A stretch of DNA of 64,000 nt from Patescibacteria group bacterium (GCA_038064875.1 JBBTSC010000001.1:443004-507003); one strand, 5' to 3'. Numbered from the stretch's first letter, positions 8,098 through 17,152 are shown. Notes: generated from the letters alone by a model not told the origin. A program made the numbers and translations.

Positions 8098-10212
8098 TTA
8101 AAGCTTTGTGACCGGGGCAAACTCTAGGTTAATCTTCTTGTTGCCCTTACCTTTGAAGTAAATTAGAGCAAAAGACCCATCAACTTCAATCACTGTGCCA
8201 TTGCCAAACAACCCATGAGAGACACCGTCACCGGGATTTAGCTCAGGTATGTACACCGGCTCATCAGCTGTAACTTGCTGATTGATTGTCTCAAAAAAAC
8301 CTTTGGTATTTTTAGCAAAATTCTCATCAATATCACTCAAAAAACGTGATGGAATATTATAATCTTGCTTGCCAAAGAACATCCTACTGGTCGCATAGCT
8401 GAGATATAGTTTTTCTTTGGCCCTGGTCATACCAACGTAACAAAGTCGTCGCTCTTCTTCGATTTCACCACTGTCCATTATTGACCTTGAATGAGGGAAA
8501 ATCCCTTCCTCCATCCCAGAGATTATCACTACTGGAAATTCAAGTCCTTTTGCTGCATGAATGGTAGTAAGTGTAACCACTCCGTTAATCTTGTCTTTGT
8601 CATCCAAATCACTAATCAAAGCAGTCTGCTCTAAAAATTCACCTAAGCCCAAACCAGCAAATTGACTAGCAACGCTCAGAAGTTCTTTGACGTTCTCTTG
8701 CCTCGACTCACCCTGGACAGTGCCATCATGTAGATACTCGTAGTAATCTAGTTTTTCGACCAACTGACTGATCAGCTCTTCAACAGAGGTTGTGGCTACT
8801 TTTTCCCTAAAACTACTTAAAATATTATTGAATTCGCTGAAGCCACTTTTAGCAGTCGGTGTTAATTCGTCGCACGCTCCAGAGTTATTGAGCGCTTGCT
8901 CTAGATTCAGTCCCCTAGCTATCTTAAAATTATAGAAATTTGCCAAAGATTTATCGCCAATTTTTCGGCTCGGTACATTGTAGACTCTCTCAAAGCTTGC
9001 TTGATCTTCTGGCTGAACGATTAGTCGCAGGTACGCCAATATATCCTTGATTTCTTTGCGGTCATAAAATTTGACCCCACCAACAATTTTATAAGTAATA
9101 CTGTAGTGGATCATTGCCTCTTCCAGCGCACGGCTCTGGGCATTAGTCCTATACAACACCGCAATATCGTCATATGACTTTCCGCTAGCTAGCTCTTGTT
9201 GGATGATTAGAGCTACTCTTCGCCCTTCATCCCTCTCATTATGAGTCTGGACTATCTCTACTGGCTCGCCTGCCCCTGCGTCTGTATAGAGCTTCTTGTC
9301 TGAACGATTTGTATTTTTTGTTATAACCGAATGTGCAGAATCAAGAATATTCTTTGTGCTTCGATAATTTTTTTCCAGTTTGACCACATTTGCGCCAACA
9401 AAATCTTTCTCAAATTTTAAAATATTACGAAAATCTGCTCCACGCCAGGAGTAAATACTCTGCCAATCATCACCAACAACAGTGATGTTTTTGTTTGAAT
9501 TAATCAATAGTTTTACCAGTGTATATTGTGCCTGATTTGTGTCTTGATATTCATCAATAAAAATATAGTTTATTTTTTTGTGAAGCAGTGCCTTAGTTTG
9601 CTCTCCATGCTCCAACAAACGAACTGTTTTCATGATTAGATCATCAAAATCAAGCGCCTTAGAATTGGTGAGCTCTCTCTGATAGTCCAAAAATACACTG
9701 TAGACTACTTCAGCAAGTGGCCCATTTGAAACCTCTATGTAGTCGTCTGGCGACATTAAATCATTTTTTGCACCTGATATAACTGCCGAAATTTGTGCTG
9801 GGGGGTACTTCTTTTCGTCAATATGGTGAGTTTTTAGAATTTTTTTTATAAGATTTTTTTTATCCGCTTCGTCATAAATAACAAAGTTACTCGGAATATC
9901 AATTTCTTGACCATATTGCCTAAGCAACCTAACGCAAACACTGTGAAAAGTCCCAAGATAAGGCAAAGTTACCGGATGACCCATTATTTCCTCTAAACGA
10001 TCTGACATTTCTCTAGCTGCTTTATTGGTAAATGTTACTGCGAGAATCTGTGCCGGGTGGACATGTTTGTTCTGAAGTAAATATGCGATTTTGTGTGTCA
10101 GAGTTTTAGTCTTGCCACTACCAGCTCCTGCGAGTATCAGCATAGGTCCATCAGTCGTCACAACTGCAGATTTTTGCGATTCATTTAGCTGGCCCAAGAG
10201 AGACTCCGTCAT
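8098..10212 (-). CDS. pcrA: ATP-dependent DNA helicase, UvrD/PcrA family
   Basis: Walker A AGAGSGKT, DEYQDT, the VGDDWQSIYSWRGA motif and the TIHAAKGLEF motif. Confidence 0.9.
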   Translation of the reverse strand: MTESLLGQLNESQKSAVVTTDGPMLILAGAGSGKTKTLTHKIAYLLQNKHVHPAQILAVTFTNKAAREMSDRLEEIMGHPVTLPYLGTFHSVCVRLLRQYGQEIDIPSNFVIYDEADKKNLIKKILKTHHIDEKKYPPAQISAVISGAKNDLMSPDDYIEVSNGPLAEVVYSVFLDYQRELTNSKALDFDDLIMKTVRLLEHGEQTKALLHKKINYIFIDEYQDTNQAQYTLVKLLINSNKNITVVGDDWQSIYSWRGADFRNILKFEKDFVGANVVKLEKNYRSTKNILDSAHSVITKNTNRSDKKLYTDAGAGEPVEIVQTHNERDEGRRVALIIQQELASGKSYDDIAVLYRTNAQSRALEEAMIHYSITYKIVGGVKFYDRKEIKDILAYLRLIVQPEDQASFERVYNVPSRKIGDKSLANFYNFKIARGLNLEQALNNSGACDELTPTAKSGFSEFNNILSSFREKVATTSVEELISQLVEKLDYYEYLHDGTVQGESRQENVKELLSVASQFAGLGLGEFLEQTALISDLDDKDKINGVVTLTTIHAAKGLEFPVVIISGMEEGIFPHSRSIMDSGEIEEERRLCYVGMTRAKEKLYLSYATSRMFFGKQDYNIPSRFLSDIDENFAKNTKGFFETINQQVTADEPVYIPELNPGDGVSHGLFGNGTVIEVDGSFALIYFKGKGNKKINLEFAPVTKL

Positions 10213-10257
10213 CTATTTATTATACTCGAATTAGGCCTAAATATCTTGTTGTATAAG

Positions 10258-10905
10258 TTATTGCTGGGTCGTCATGTAGTAGTAGCCTACGCCAAGAGCC
10301 ACGGCAACTATCAAAATAAGAACTGCCAGGATTGCCCCCATCTTGCTATTCGTAGCTGAGTCTTTTATTGGCAAGAAATATTCCTTGGATTCAATTTTTT
10401 CCTCTAAGGCTTTAAGTTTTTCTTCTCTCTCTTTATTGGCAAGCTCCTCTTGGCGCTTTGTGTTAACCTCCCCAGCTAGAGCATCAACTTCTGCGGATCC
10501 CTCGTCTGAATTGGTGGAGTCAGGAGTCTTGTCTGAAGACTCTTCTTTTTTGACTTCAGAGGATTCTTCTTTTTCGTCCTTTGGTTGCTCAGCTTCTTCT
10601 GGCTCTTTCTGCCCTTCAGGATCCTTTGACTCTTCTTTCTCTTCTGGTTTTGGAGGATCAACCTTCACCTCTACTTTTTCAGAATCAGACTCTGCCTCTT
10701 TTTCTGTAGATGGAGCTTCTGTTGACTGTATTGTTGCCTTTTTCTCTTCATCTGTTAGGGGTGCAATAACTTTCTTTGACTTCTCAACTATTGTGCTGTC
10801 TACGACTTCGTTACTATTGCCTACAACTACCGGACGTGAAGTTGCTGACTGAGCCACCTTGTCCGCATCCTTAACATCATCCATTGATTTATTTTTTTCT
10901 GCCAT
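10258..10905 (-). CDS. acidic Glu/Lys/Ser-rich, tail-anchored membrane protein
   Basis: Low-complexity E/K/S-rich body with a single C-terminal TM helix (MGAILAVLILIVAVALGVGYYY). Its start abuts the tpiA stop. Confidence 0.55.
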   Translation of the reverse strand: MAEKNKSMDDVKDADKVAQSATSRPVVVGNSNEVVDSTIVEKSKKVIAPLTDEEKKATIQSTEAPSTEKEAESDSEKVEVKVDPPKPEEKEESKDPEGQKEPEEAEQPKDEKEESSEVKKEESSDKTPDSTNSDEGSAEVDALAGEVNTKRQEELANKEREEKLKALEEKIESKEYFLPIKDSATNSKMGAILAVLILIVAVALGVGYYYMTTQQ

Positions 10906-11690
10906 TATTTCCTCTCAGACGCCTTTTTTGTTGCTACTTCTATAATTTTATTAAATTTATGATAATTCAAACTGGCAGAACCTGGCAAAGCCCCATCACA
11001 TCCTTCAATATCTAGATAGCCCCCGACTGTATGTTCGTCAACACTCCCACCGTATATAATGCGAGTTTTTTTGGCCGTAGCTTCACCATAAAGATCACTC
11101 ACTTGTTTGCGAATAAATTTTATGTCTTCTTTAATCACACTTGGTTTTGCGAGCTGGCCACCGAAGGTGCTAATAGCCCAAACAGGCTCGTAGGCTATAA
11201 CCACCTCAGAAACTTCTTCTGCTGTTAAGTTGGAAAGGGCGGTTGTCACTTGATCATGAAGAACCATTTTTGTTTCTTTATCTCTACGCTCTTCTGCTGT
11301 CTCCCCAACACAAAGAATCGGCGTAATCTTATTACGCACACTAGCAGCTACCTTATCACGTATCGTCTCAAGGCTCTCGCCAAAATAAATTCTTCGCTCT
11401 GAATGACCGATAATTACATAATCAACTAAATTTCTAAGTTGTGAGAAAGAGACTTCACCCGTGAATGCTCCCTCATCTTTGAAATACGCATCCTGAGCAC
11501 ACAATTTGATACGGCGTCGGTCTACTTCAAGTGAAAGCGGTTGGAGCGCTAAAAAGCCTGGCGCGACCACCACCTCAACATTCCGATGAGGCACTATATG
11601 CTGATACAGACGAGCCAACAAAGTGCTTGATTGATGCACGTTGTTAAACATCTTCCAGTTTCCGACAATTAATGTTTTTCTCCCACTCAT
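10905..11690 (-). CDS. tpiA: triose-phosphate isomerase
   Basis: GNWKMF, IGHSERR and AYEPVWAI motifs. Confidence 0.92.
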   Translation of the reverse strand: MSGRKTLIVGNWKMFNNVHQSSTLLARLYQHIVPHRNVEVVVAPGFLALQPLSLEVDRRRIKLCAQDAYFKDEGAFTGEVSFSQLRNLVDYVIIGHSERRIYFGESLETIRDKVAASVRNKITPILCVGETAEERRDKETKMVLHDQVTTALSNLTAEEVSEVVIAYEPVWAISTFGGQLAKPSVIKEDIKFIRKQVSDLYGEATAKKTRIIYGGSVDEHTVGGYLDIEGCDGALPGSASLNYHKFNKIIEVATKKASERK

Positions 11691-11752
11691 AATTCTAGTG
11701 GTTATTTTACCACAAAATTGTAAGTGCTAGCTCTATTTAAATAATTTTTATA

Positions 11753-11789
11753 CTAACCCTTTTATTTACTTGGTCAATAAAAGGGTTAG
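11753..11789 (-). other. 14-bp perfect inverted repeat hairpin in the pgk-tpiA spacer
   Basis: CTAACCCTTTTATT (11753-11766) pairs with AATAAAAGGGTTAG (11776-11789) around a 9-nt loop. An A/U-rich tract follows on the minus strand. Confidence 0.4.
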
Positions 11790-11861
11790 ACCTAGGAAAG
11801 GGAGGATCACGAAGCAAAGCGGAGTCTAAGGAGGCGAAAAACCTATCTGGGTTTTCCCTCC

Positions 11862-13151
11862 TTAAGCTTTATTATCAAGAACTTCGACACCTGGTAATTT
11901 CTTACCTACCATCAAATCCATGCAAGCACCACCTCCGGTCGAAACATGATCAAAAAGATCAGAGATGCCTCTGTTTTCAACGTATCCTGCGGTGTCACCA
12001 CCACCAACGACAACTTTTGGTTTTTTGCCAAATTGCCCAGTCATAGCCTGAACTACCAAATCCGTACCATGTGAAAACGGCCCAATCGGTGAGTGCAGAG
12101 CATTAACTTCAATTACACCCATCGTTCCATTCCAAACAACTGTGCTCGCCATCTGTATAACCCCAGCCATAAATGCTCCAGAAAATGGTCCGATATCATA
12201 AATTGCCTCATTTTCTCTTAGCATATTGGTGATCATAGCCGGCTTCCTCGGATAACTTTCGATGTTGGCAATTGCATGTGCTGACCAATCAACTATCCGC
12301 GTAGTCGTACGACTATCCATCTTGGCTGAGACTACAGCATCCTGCGGTAGGTAGAAAAGGAAGTCCCCAGAATCTACTCGAGCATGAGCTTTGTCCATGA
12401 TCCTTTTAGCCTCACCTATCATATCTGGCTCATAAAGACTCTTACCAACATCATAGCCATTGGCCTTCAAAAAGGTATTTCCCATGGCTCCGCCGATCAA
12501 TACAACATCTGCTATTTCGATAAATTTATCGATCAGCTCAATCTTATCACTTACTTTTGCCCCACCTATCAATGCTACAAGTGGCTTCTGTGGATTTTTC
12601 ATAGCTAGGTTAATCTTTGTGACTTCTTTTTCTAACAAAAATCCCGCAACCCTATGTTTGATAAGTTTTGGTACTGCCTCAGTACTAGCATGTGCACGGT
12701 GGACAACCCCAAAACCGTCTTGAACAAAAACATCTATTCCTTCTGCAAGATTCTTAGCAAATTGGGCATTGTTGTCTGTCTCTCCTGAATAAAACCGGAC
12801 GTTCTCTATCATCAGAGCCTCACCTGGCTTCAGATCTTTCTTAAGTTTCCCTACATCATCCCCGACTGTTGATTCAGTAAATGCAATTTTTTTATCAAGT
12901 AATTTACTGAGTCTGTCTGCAACAGGGCGAAGACTGGAAGCCTTTTCTGGACCCTTTGGACGACCAAGATGCGAGCAAATTACCAATTTGGCTCCATGCT
13001 CCATCAAATACTTTACGGTGGGTAGAGATTGCTTGATCCTCAGATCACTGGTGATATGACCATTTTCGATAGGCACATTGTAGTCAGCCCGAAGCAGAAC
13101 TAATTTATTTTTGACGTCTACATCTTCAATTGTTTTTTTGTTGAAGCTCAT
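11862..13151 (-). CDS. pgk: phosphoglycerate kinase
   Basis: RADYNVP, SHLGRPKG and GGGDTA/STGGGA motifs. Confidence 0.95.
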   Translation of the reverse strand: MSFNKKTIEDVDVKNKLVLLRADYNVPIENGHITSDLRIKQSLPTVKYLMEHGAKLVICSHLGRPKGPEKASSLRPVADRLSKLLDKKIAFTESTVGDDVGKLKKDLKPGEALMIENVRFYSGETDNNAQFAKNLAEGIDVFVQDGFGVVHRAHASTEAVPKLIKHRVAGFLLEKEVTKINLAMKNPQKPLVALIGGAKVSDKIELIDKFIEIADVVLIGGAMGNTFLKANGYDVGKSLYEPDMIGEAKRIMDKAHARVDSGDFLFYLPQDAVVSAKMDSRTTTRIVDWSAHAIANIESYPRKPAMITNMLRENEAIYDIGPFSGAFMAGVIQMASTVVWNGTMGVIEVNALHSPIGPFSHGTDLVVQAMTGQFGKKPKVVVGGGDTAGYVENRGISDLFDHVSTGGGACMDLMVGKKLPGVEVLDNKA

Positions 13152-13158
13152 GTTTATA

Positions 13159-14592
13159 TTATTCTAGCATCCTTATCTTGATAGTATCAGTTGTTCCGAC
13201 GACACCAGGATGTTTGCCTGAGGCAGTGACAATAACATCGCCCTTTTTCATAATTTTATTTCTCTGCAACCAGTTGGATAATTTAGTCGCCATGATCGCA
13301 GACTCTGGCATAACGTAGCTCTGCACCCCAAAAACAATCGCCAGTTGCTGAGCCACACGGGAAGAAGAAGTTACAGCTATCTGCGGAACATCTGACCTAA
13401 ATGCCGCCACCTGCAGAGCAGTAGCACCCGATTTTGTCTCCGAGACTATTGCCTTTGCTGATACATCATTTGCCATCTTGATGATAGCTTTGCAAATAGC
13501 CTGTTGCATAGAAAGGTTCTTGAATTTTAATTTTTGATACAGGATATCTTCGTTAGTCTGCGTGTAAGTGATAACCTCTCTCATGACTTTAACAGCCTTG
13601 TCCGGATATTTACCTACCGCTGTCTCATCACTGAGCATGATCCCATCAGATCCTAGTATCACAGCGGTTGCTATATCGGAGACTTCGGCACGAGTCGGTT
13701 CTGGCTGGTCAGTCATGCTCGCTAGCATCTGTGTTGCCACAATAGTTGGCTTAGCATAATTCTTACCAATATGGATAATCCTTCGCTGAATTACCGGCAC
13801 TGATTCGGCTGAAACTTCATTTGCCAAATCACCTCTGGCTACCATAACAGCATCTGCTGTTTCGACTATTGCCTCAAGGTTGTTGACTGCTGACTCAGTC
13901 TCGATCTTGGCAATTATCCTGGAAGTGGAACCAAGATTGGTCAGTATCTTTCTCAAACTTTCTATATCTTCGGCTGTTTGCACAAAGCTCATTGCCACGT
14001 AATCAATATCTTTGGTTGACCCAAAGGCCAAATCCTCACGATCTTTTACCGTGATTACGTCTCCTGCAAAATCAGTTTCTGGCAGGTTTATACCTTTTCT
14101 CTTTACTATCACACCTGAATTTTCCGCTCGTAGATAGAGTGCGCCATCTTTTATCGTTTTGATCGTTGTGACTAATTTTCCGTCATTGAGCAATAACTTC
14201 TGACCACGCTTGGCTTTTTTGCTGAGATCGTATTGGGTCGGAAAATAGCCAGTTTTTTTATAGTCTGCATTATATTTGATACCGATTATCTCGCCTTTGC
14301 TGACCGCAACAGTCTCTTCAAAGTCACCAAGTCTGATCTTAGGACCCTGCAGATCCTGAATGATCGCTATTGGTTTGCCAGTATTTTTTGAAACTTCGCG
14401 AACCCATTTGATATGTCGCTCTTTTTCTGCGTGAGTACCGTGGCTAAAGTTCAGTCGTATACCATTTGCACCGTTTTTTATCAGCTTTTCGATAGCTTCT
14501 AGAGAATCAGTCGACGGGCCAATCGTTGCAATTATCTTAGTTCTTTTAAAGTCTTCCAGTGCTACACTCGGAAGCCCACTCTTTGTAACCAT
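13159..14592 (-). CDS. pyk: pyruvate kinase
   Basis: TKIIATIGPS, NFSHG and MVARGDL motifs. 477 aa. Confidence 0.95.
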   Translation of the reverse strand: MVTKSGLPSVALEDFKRTKIIATIGPSTDSLEAIEKLIKNGANGIRLNFSHGTHAEKERHIKWVREVSKNTGKPIAIIQDLQGPKIRLGDFEETVAVSKGEIIGIKYNADYKKTGYFPTQYDLSKKAKRGQKLLLNDGKLVTTIKTIKDGALYLRAENSGVIVKRKGINLPETDFAGDVITVKDREDLAFGSTKDIDYVAMSFVQTAEDIESLRKILTNLGSTSRIIAKIETESAVNNLEAIVETADAVMVARGDLANEVSAESVPVIQRRIIHIGKNYAKPTIVATQMLASMTDQPEPTRAEVSDIATAVILGSDGIMLSDETAVGKYPDKAVKVMREVITYTQTNEDILYQKLKFKNLSMQQAICKAIIKMANDVSAKAIVSETKSGATALQVAAFRSDVPQIAVTSSSRVAQQLAIVFGVQSYVMPESAIMATKLSNWLQRNKIMKKGDVIVTASGKHPGVVGTTDTIKIRMLE

Positions 14593-14642
14593 AGTATCAG
14601 TATAACGATTAACGCTTATGATTTAAAGTTTTCTTATCAAAT

Positions 14643-14665
14643 CAAAAACCCCACTTTGCGTGGGG
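14643..14665 (-). terminator. intrinsic terminator after tRNA-Glu
   Basis: CCCCAC/GTGGGG stem with a 5-nt loop, followed by TTTTT on the minus strand. Confidence 0.6.
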
Positions 14666-14674
14666 TACTTGATT

Positions 14675-14749
14675 TGGTGATCTCACGGGGAATCGAACCC
14701 CGATTGCCAGGATGAAAACCTGGTGTCCTAACCGTTAGACGATGAGACC
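14675..14749 (-). tRNA. tRNA-Glu (anticodon UUC), CCA encoded
   Basis: Hand-folded cloverleaf: GGTCTCA acceptor, anticodon arm CCAGG-TTTTCAT-CCTGG, T arm CGGGG-TTCGATT-CCCCG. Confidence 0.9.
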
Positions 14750-14773
14750 ATACATGCTGGGTGAATTGTTAAA

Positions 14774-14837
14774 GTGATCTTCTTCGAAGTTGCCAGGACG
14801 GAAAAATGATGTCCTAGACCGCTCTGACGATGAGACC
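14774..14837 (-). pseudogene. decayed tandem copy of tRNA-Glu (T arm collapsed, CCA lost)
   Basis: Shares GGTCTCATCGTC, the D/anticodon-region stretches (GTCCTA.ACCG, TTGCCAGGA) and GTGATCT with the adjacent tRNA-Glu. The anticodon stem is broken, and TTCGAAG replaces the T arm. Confidence 0.55.
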
Positions 14838-14847
14838 TCGAACCAAA

Positions 14848-14876
14848 ATTATAGCGTATTACCCCTGTAATATCAA
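14848..14876 (-). promoter_or_regulatory. consensus-like promoter firing into the pseudo-tRNA and tRNA-Glu
   Basis: On the minus strand: TTGATA, 17-nt spacer, TATAAT, ending 10 nt before the pseudo-tRNA 5' G. Confidence 0.5.
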
Positions 14877-14888
14877 TATTTTTGATAC

Positions 14889-14919
14889 AAAAAACCTCCC
14901 AGTCATAACAACTGGGAGG
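14889..14919 (-). terminator. intrinsic terminator after the LPXTG protein gene
   Basis: 9-bp stem CCTCCCAGT/ACTGGGAGG followed by TTTTTT on the minus strand. Confidence 0.65.
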
Positions 14920-15023
14920 CCTTTGACCTTTATAAGTACTTGAGCGGTCAGTCTTTGCTCTTATAGCTTATCTTTACTTTAGCATAAATTTGCTAATTTG
15001 TATAGATCTTATCCACAGGTGGA

Positions 15024-15725
15024 TTAGCTATTTCGACGAACAAGAGCTGAATAAGCTAATGTACTTAGACCAGTTACTCCAGCAAAGATAGCTAGAACAC
15101 TACCAGCACCAGTGTTTGGTAAGCTAGTTGGTGTTTTTGGAGTTTCTGGAGTCTTTGGAGTCTCACACTTTGGATAAACACCAGTTGTGCCTTCTGGGCA
15201 AACCTGGGTTTCAGGACAGCTTAGTTTTGCTTTAAACTGAACGAAACGTATCTGTTGTGTAGAAACACCGACGCTACCAACGTCAACACCAGCACCGATA
15301 ATACCATCAGGCAATGTGTTTAAGACGCTACTGTTAGCATCTAGAAGTTCTGTACTACCAGCAACGTAGCTAATAGTTGAACTTGTTGATACGTTTACTC
15401 CAGCAGTATCGGTAATAACACTTGGGTTACCGTTGCTTGAAGTAGTTGTAGCTAGTGAGCTAAAGCTAGTGTTTGTACCACTAGGCATAGTAGCCTTTAC
15501 GTTAACGTTGCCCAGAACTTCTGGACCACCGTTGTGCAAACGAATTTTGAACTGAATCACATCACATGGGTCAGCAGTGCTTGGGTCTGCATATGCACTA
15601 TTTTTAGTAAGGTTTTTTGAGTAGTAGATGTTTCCGCCGTCAACTTGAGCAGCAGAAGCAACACCACTTATTGCAACAGTTAATGTAACTGCAGCAACTG
15701 TGAAAAGTTTTGCAAATTTATTCAT
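15024..15725 (-). CDS. LPXTG-anchored surface protein with a DUF11-like repeat domain
   Basis: Signal peptide, then C-terminal LPNTG plus a hydrophobic stretch plus an RRNS tail (sortase signal). Also a PKTPETPKTP stalk. Confidence 0.8.
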   Translation of the reverse strand: MNKFAKLFTVAAVTLTVAISGVASAAQVDGGNIYYSKNLTKNSAYADPSTADPCDVIQFKIRLHNGGPEVLGNVNVKATMPSGTNTSFSSLATTTSSNGNPSVITDTAGVNVSTSSTISYVAGSTELLDANSSVLNTLPDGIIGAGVDVGSVGVSTQQIRFVQFKAKLSCPETQVCPEGTTGVYPKCETPKTPETPKTPTSLPNTGAGSVLAIFAGVTGLSTLAYSALVRRNS

Positions 15726-15809
15726 AAAATAAATCTCCTTCTTTAATTACTTATTGTTATTTGATCTGCAAATTAGATAGTCACTTATCTTTAATGGGGT
15801 TGTGTGCGA

Positions 15810-15864
15810 GGCTACTTCTTATGGATATTTTGGAGCGAGTTGCTCAACAAAAAAAGAAGTAGCC
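15810..15864. repeat. 11-bp perfect inverted repeat (33-nt loop)
   Basis: GGCTACTTCTT (15810-15820) pairs with AAGAAGTAGCC (15854-15864). Confidence 0.8.
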
Positions 15865-15870
15865 GTCGCA

Positions 15871-15930
15871 GGCGAGTTCGTCTCGAACAAATTTCGGTGA
15901 TTAAACCAAATTTCGTGAAACGAACTCGCC
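15871..15930. repeat. 11-bp perfect inverted repeat (38-nt loop with an internal CAAATTTCG direct repeat)
   Basis: GGCGAGTTCGT (15871-15881) pairs with ACGAACTCGCC (15920-15930). Confidence 0.8.
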
Positions 15931-15952
15931 CACAGTCGACTAATTGGTTGGG

Positions 15953-17125
15953 TTACTGGATGCGCGGGATGATCGTGGCTGTGAAGAACAGCGGATCGGC
16001 AGGTTTGCCTCCAGCGCTCGCGATTGCCTTGAACTCAGCAGTTCCGGGTGAGTCCGCCCACAGCGTTGCCGTGAAGCATTTTGACTTTGCCGGACATGGC
16101 TGATTGCTTCCGAGCACGGTGACTGGCTGAATGCCAGAAACGTGCGCGTATGGGTTGGGGCCAGTGGTCTGACCGTTTGTACCGGGAACGATCGAGAGGA
16201 TGTTGAAGGAGTCAATGTTGTCTCCGTCGGGATCCGTAACGATGAACCACAGTTGTCGGTTGTCACCGGCCATGGTGTGCGCGGTCATGCCGTCGTTGCT
16301 GATTGTTGGTGGACGATCACAGTCTCCATTGCTGGGGATTGGACGTCCGTCCGGGCACTTCGGCGTCGGTGGTGGTTCTGTTGGACCGCAGATGACTGTG
16401 CCACCTGGACTGTTCACGTTCGAACAGATGTTCGTGACGTTGCAGTTACCTCCTTGGTCGTTGTTATCTCCACCAACGTTGACGTTGCCACATTGGTTTT
16501 GAATCACAACGCATTGGTTGCCTTGCTTGATGGTGCCGGCCTGACAGTCTTGCGTGGTGGTCTGTGTCTGTACAACACATTGGTCGACGGAGTTAACCAC
16601 CTTGCCAGAGTCAGAGCAGACGATGGTCCCCTTGGGAGGCTTGGGCTTCTTCGGGGGCTTCGGCTTCTTCTTGCACGGACGTTTGACGAGCAAGTTTCCT
16701 ACCTGCTTGTTACCGCATCGTGCTTCGTAGCCGTGCTTCGTGCGTGCCTTCTTGCATGGCGCCGGAGCGTACTTCTCGGGAACCCAGTAGACGGATCCTT
16801 CCGGGATGTACTTCTTCGGGCCCTTGACCTTCTTGAACTTGCCACCTGTGCAGGTGAAGTTCGTCACGTAACCGCCCTTGACGACGATCGTTTTCACGAT
16901 GCCACCTTTGACGATTGAACGAGCCGAGCCGTCGAGGCCTGGTTTCTGACCGGTTGAACGTGCGACCTCGTCGAGGACGCCTTTGGACTTCCAGCCATTG
17001 ATGACCGAGGAAATTGACTTTCCTCCACCACAGGCTCCCGCTGCTGACGCAGATGAGACAAAAATCGTCCCAACCACAGCCATGCAGGCGAGCACCGCAG
17101 TCGTAGTTGCTATTACCTTACGCAT
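15953..17125 (-). CDS. secreted Cys/Gln/Asn-rich protein of unknown function, GC-rich (probably foreign) gene
   Basis: Longest ORF in a GC-rich block. Signal peptide MRKVIATTTAVLACMAVVGTIFVSSASA; SD GGAGGTG 7 nt upstream. The antisense track ORFs here are GC artefacts. Confidence 0.7.
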   Translation of the reverse strand: MRKVIATTTAVLACMAVVGTIFVSSASAAGACGGGKSISSVINGWKSKGVLDEVARSTGQKPGLDGSARSIVKGGIVKTIVVKGGYVTNFTCTGGKFKKVKGPKKYIPEGSVYWVPEKYAPAPCKKARTKHGYEARCGNKQVGNLLVKRPCKKKPKPPKKPKPPKGTIVCSDSGKVVNSVDQCVVQTQTTTQDCQAGTIKQGNQCVVIQNQCGNVNVGGDNNDQGGNCNVTNICSNVNSPGGTVICGPTEPPPTPKCPDGRPIPSNGDCDRPPTISNDGMTAHTMAGDNRQLWFIVTDPDGDNIDSFNILSIVPGTNGQTTGPNPYAHVSGIQPVTVLGSNQPCPAKSKCFTATLWADSPGTAEFKAIASAGGKPADPLFFTATIIPRIQ

Positions 17126-17152
17126 TGTTTTTCACCTCCATGGTGATCGAGA

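Noticed and set aside
10343-10852. A 169-aa Ser/Phe-rich ORF on the plus strand.
   Set aside because: It is the mirror image of the Glu/Lys-rich low-complexity gene on the minus strand, which has the operon context and the TM anchor.
15009-15026. A perfect DnaA-box 9-mer, TTATCCACA, inside the palindrome ATCCACagGTGGAT at the stop codon of the LPXTG gene. A weaker ATATCCACA lies near 50237.
   Set aside because: These are single isolated boxes. There is no cluster, no AT-rich unwinding element and no dnaA/dnaN nearby, so this is not an origin. It is probably a small hairpin.
15100-16690. Short tandem coding repeats (PKTPETPKTP around 15130-15170 and KPKPPKKPKPPK around 16640-16680), considered as possible repeat arrays.
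   Set aside because: They are in-frame low-complexity linkers inside proteins. There is no spacer/repeat organisation, so they are not CRISPR or satellite arrays.
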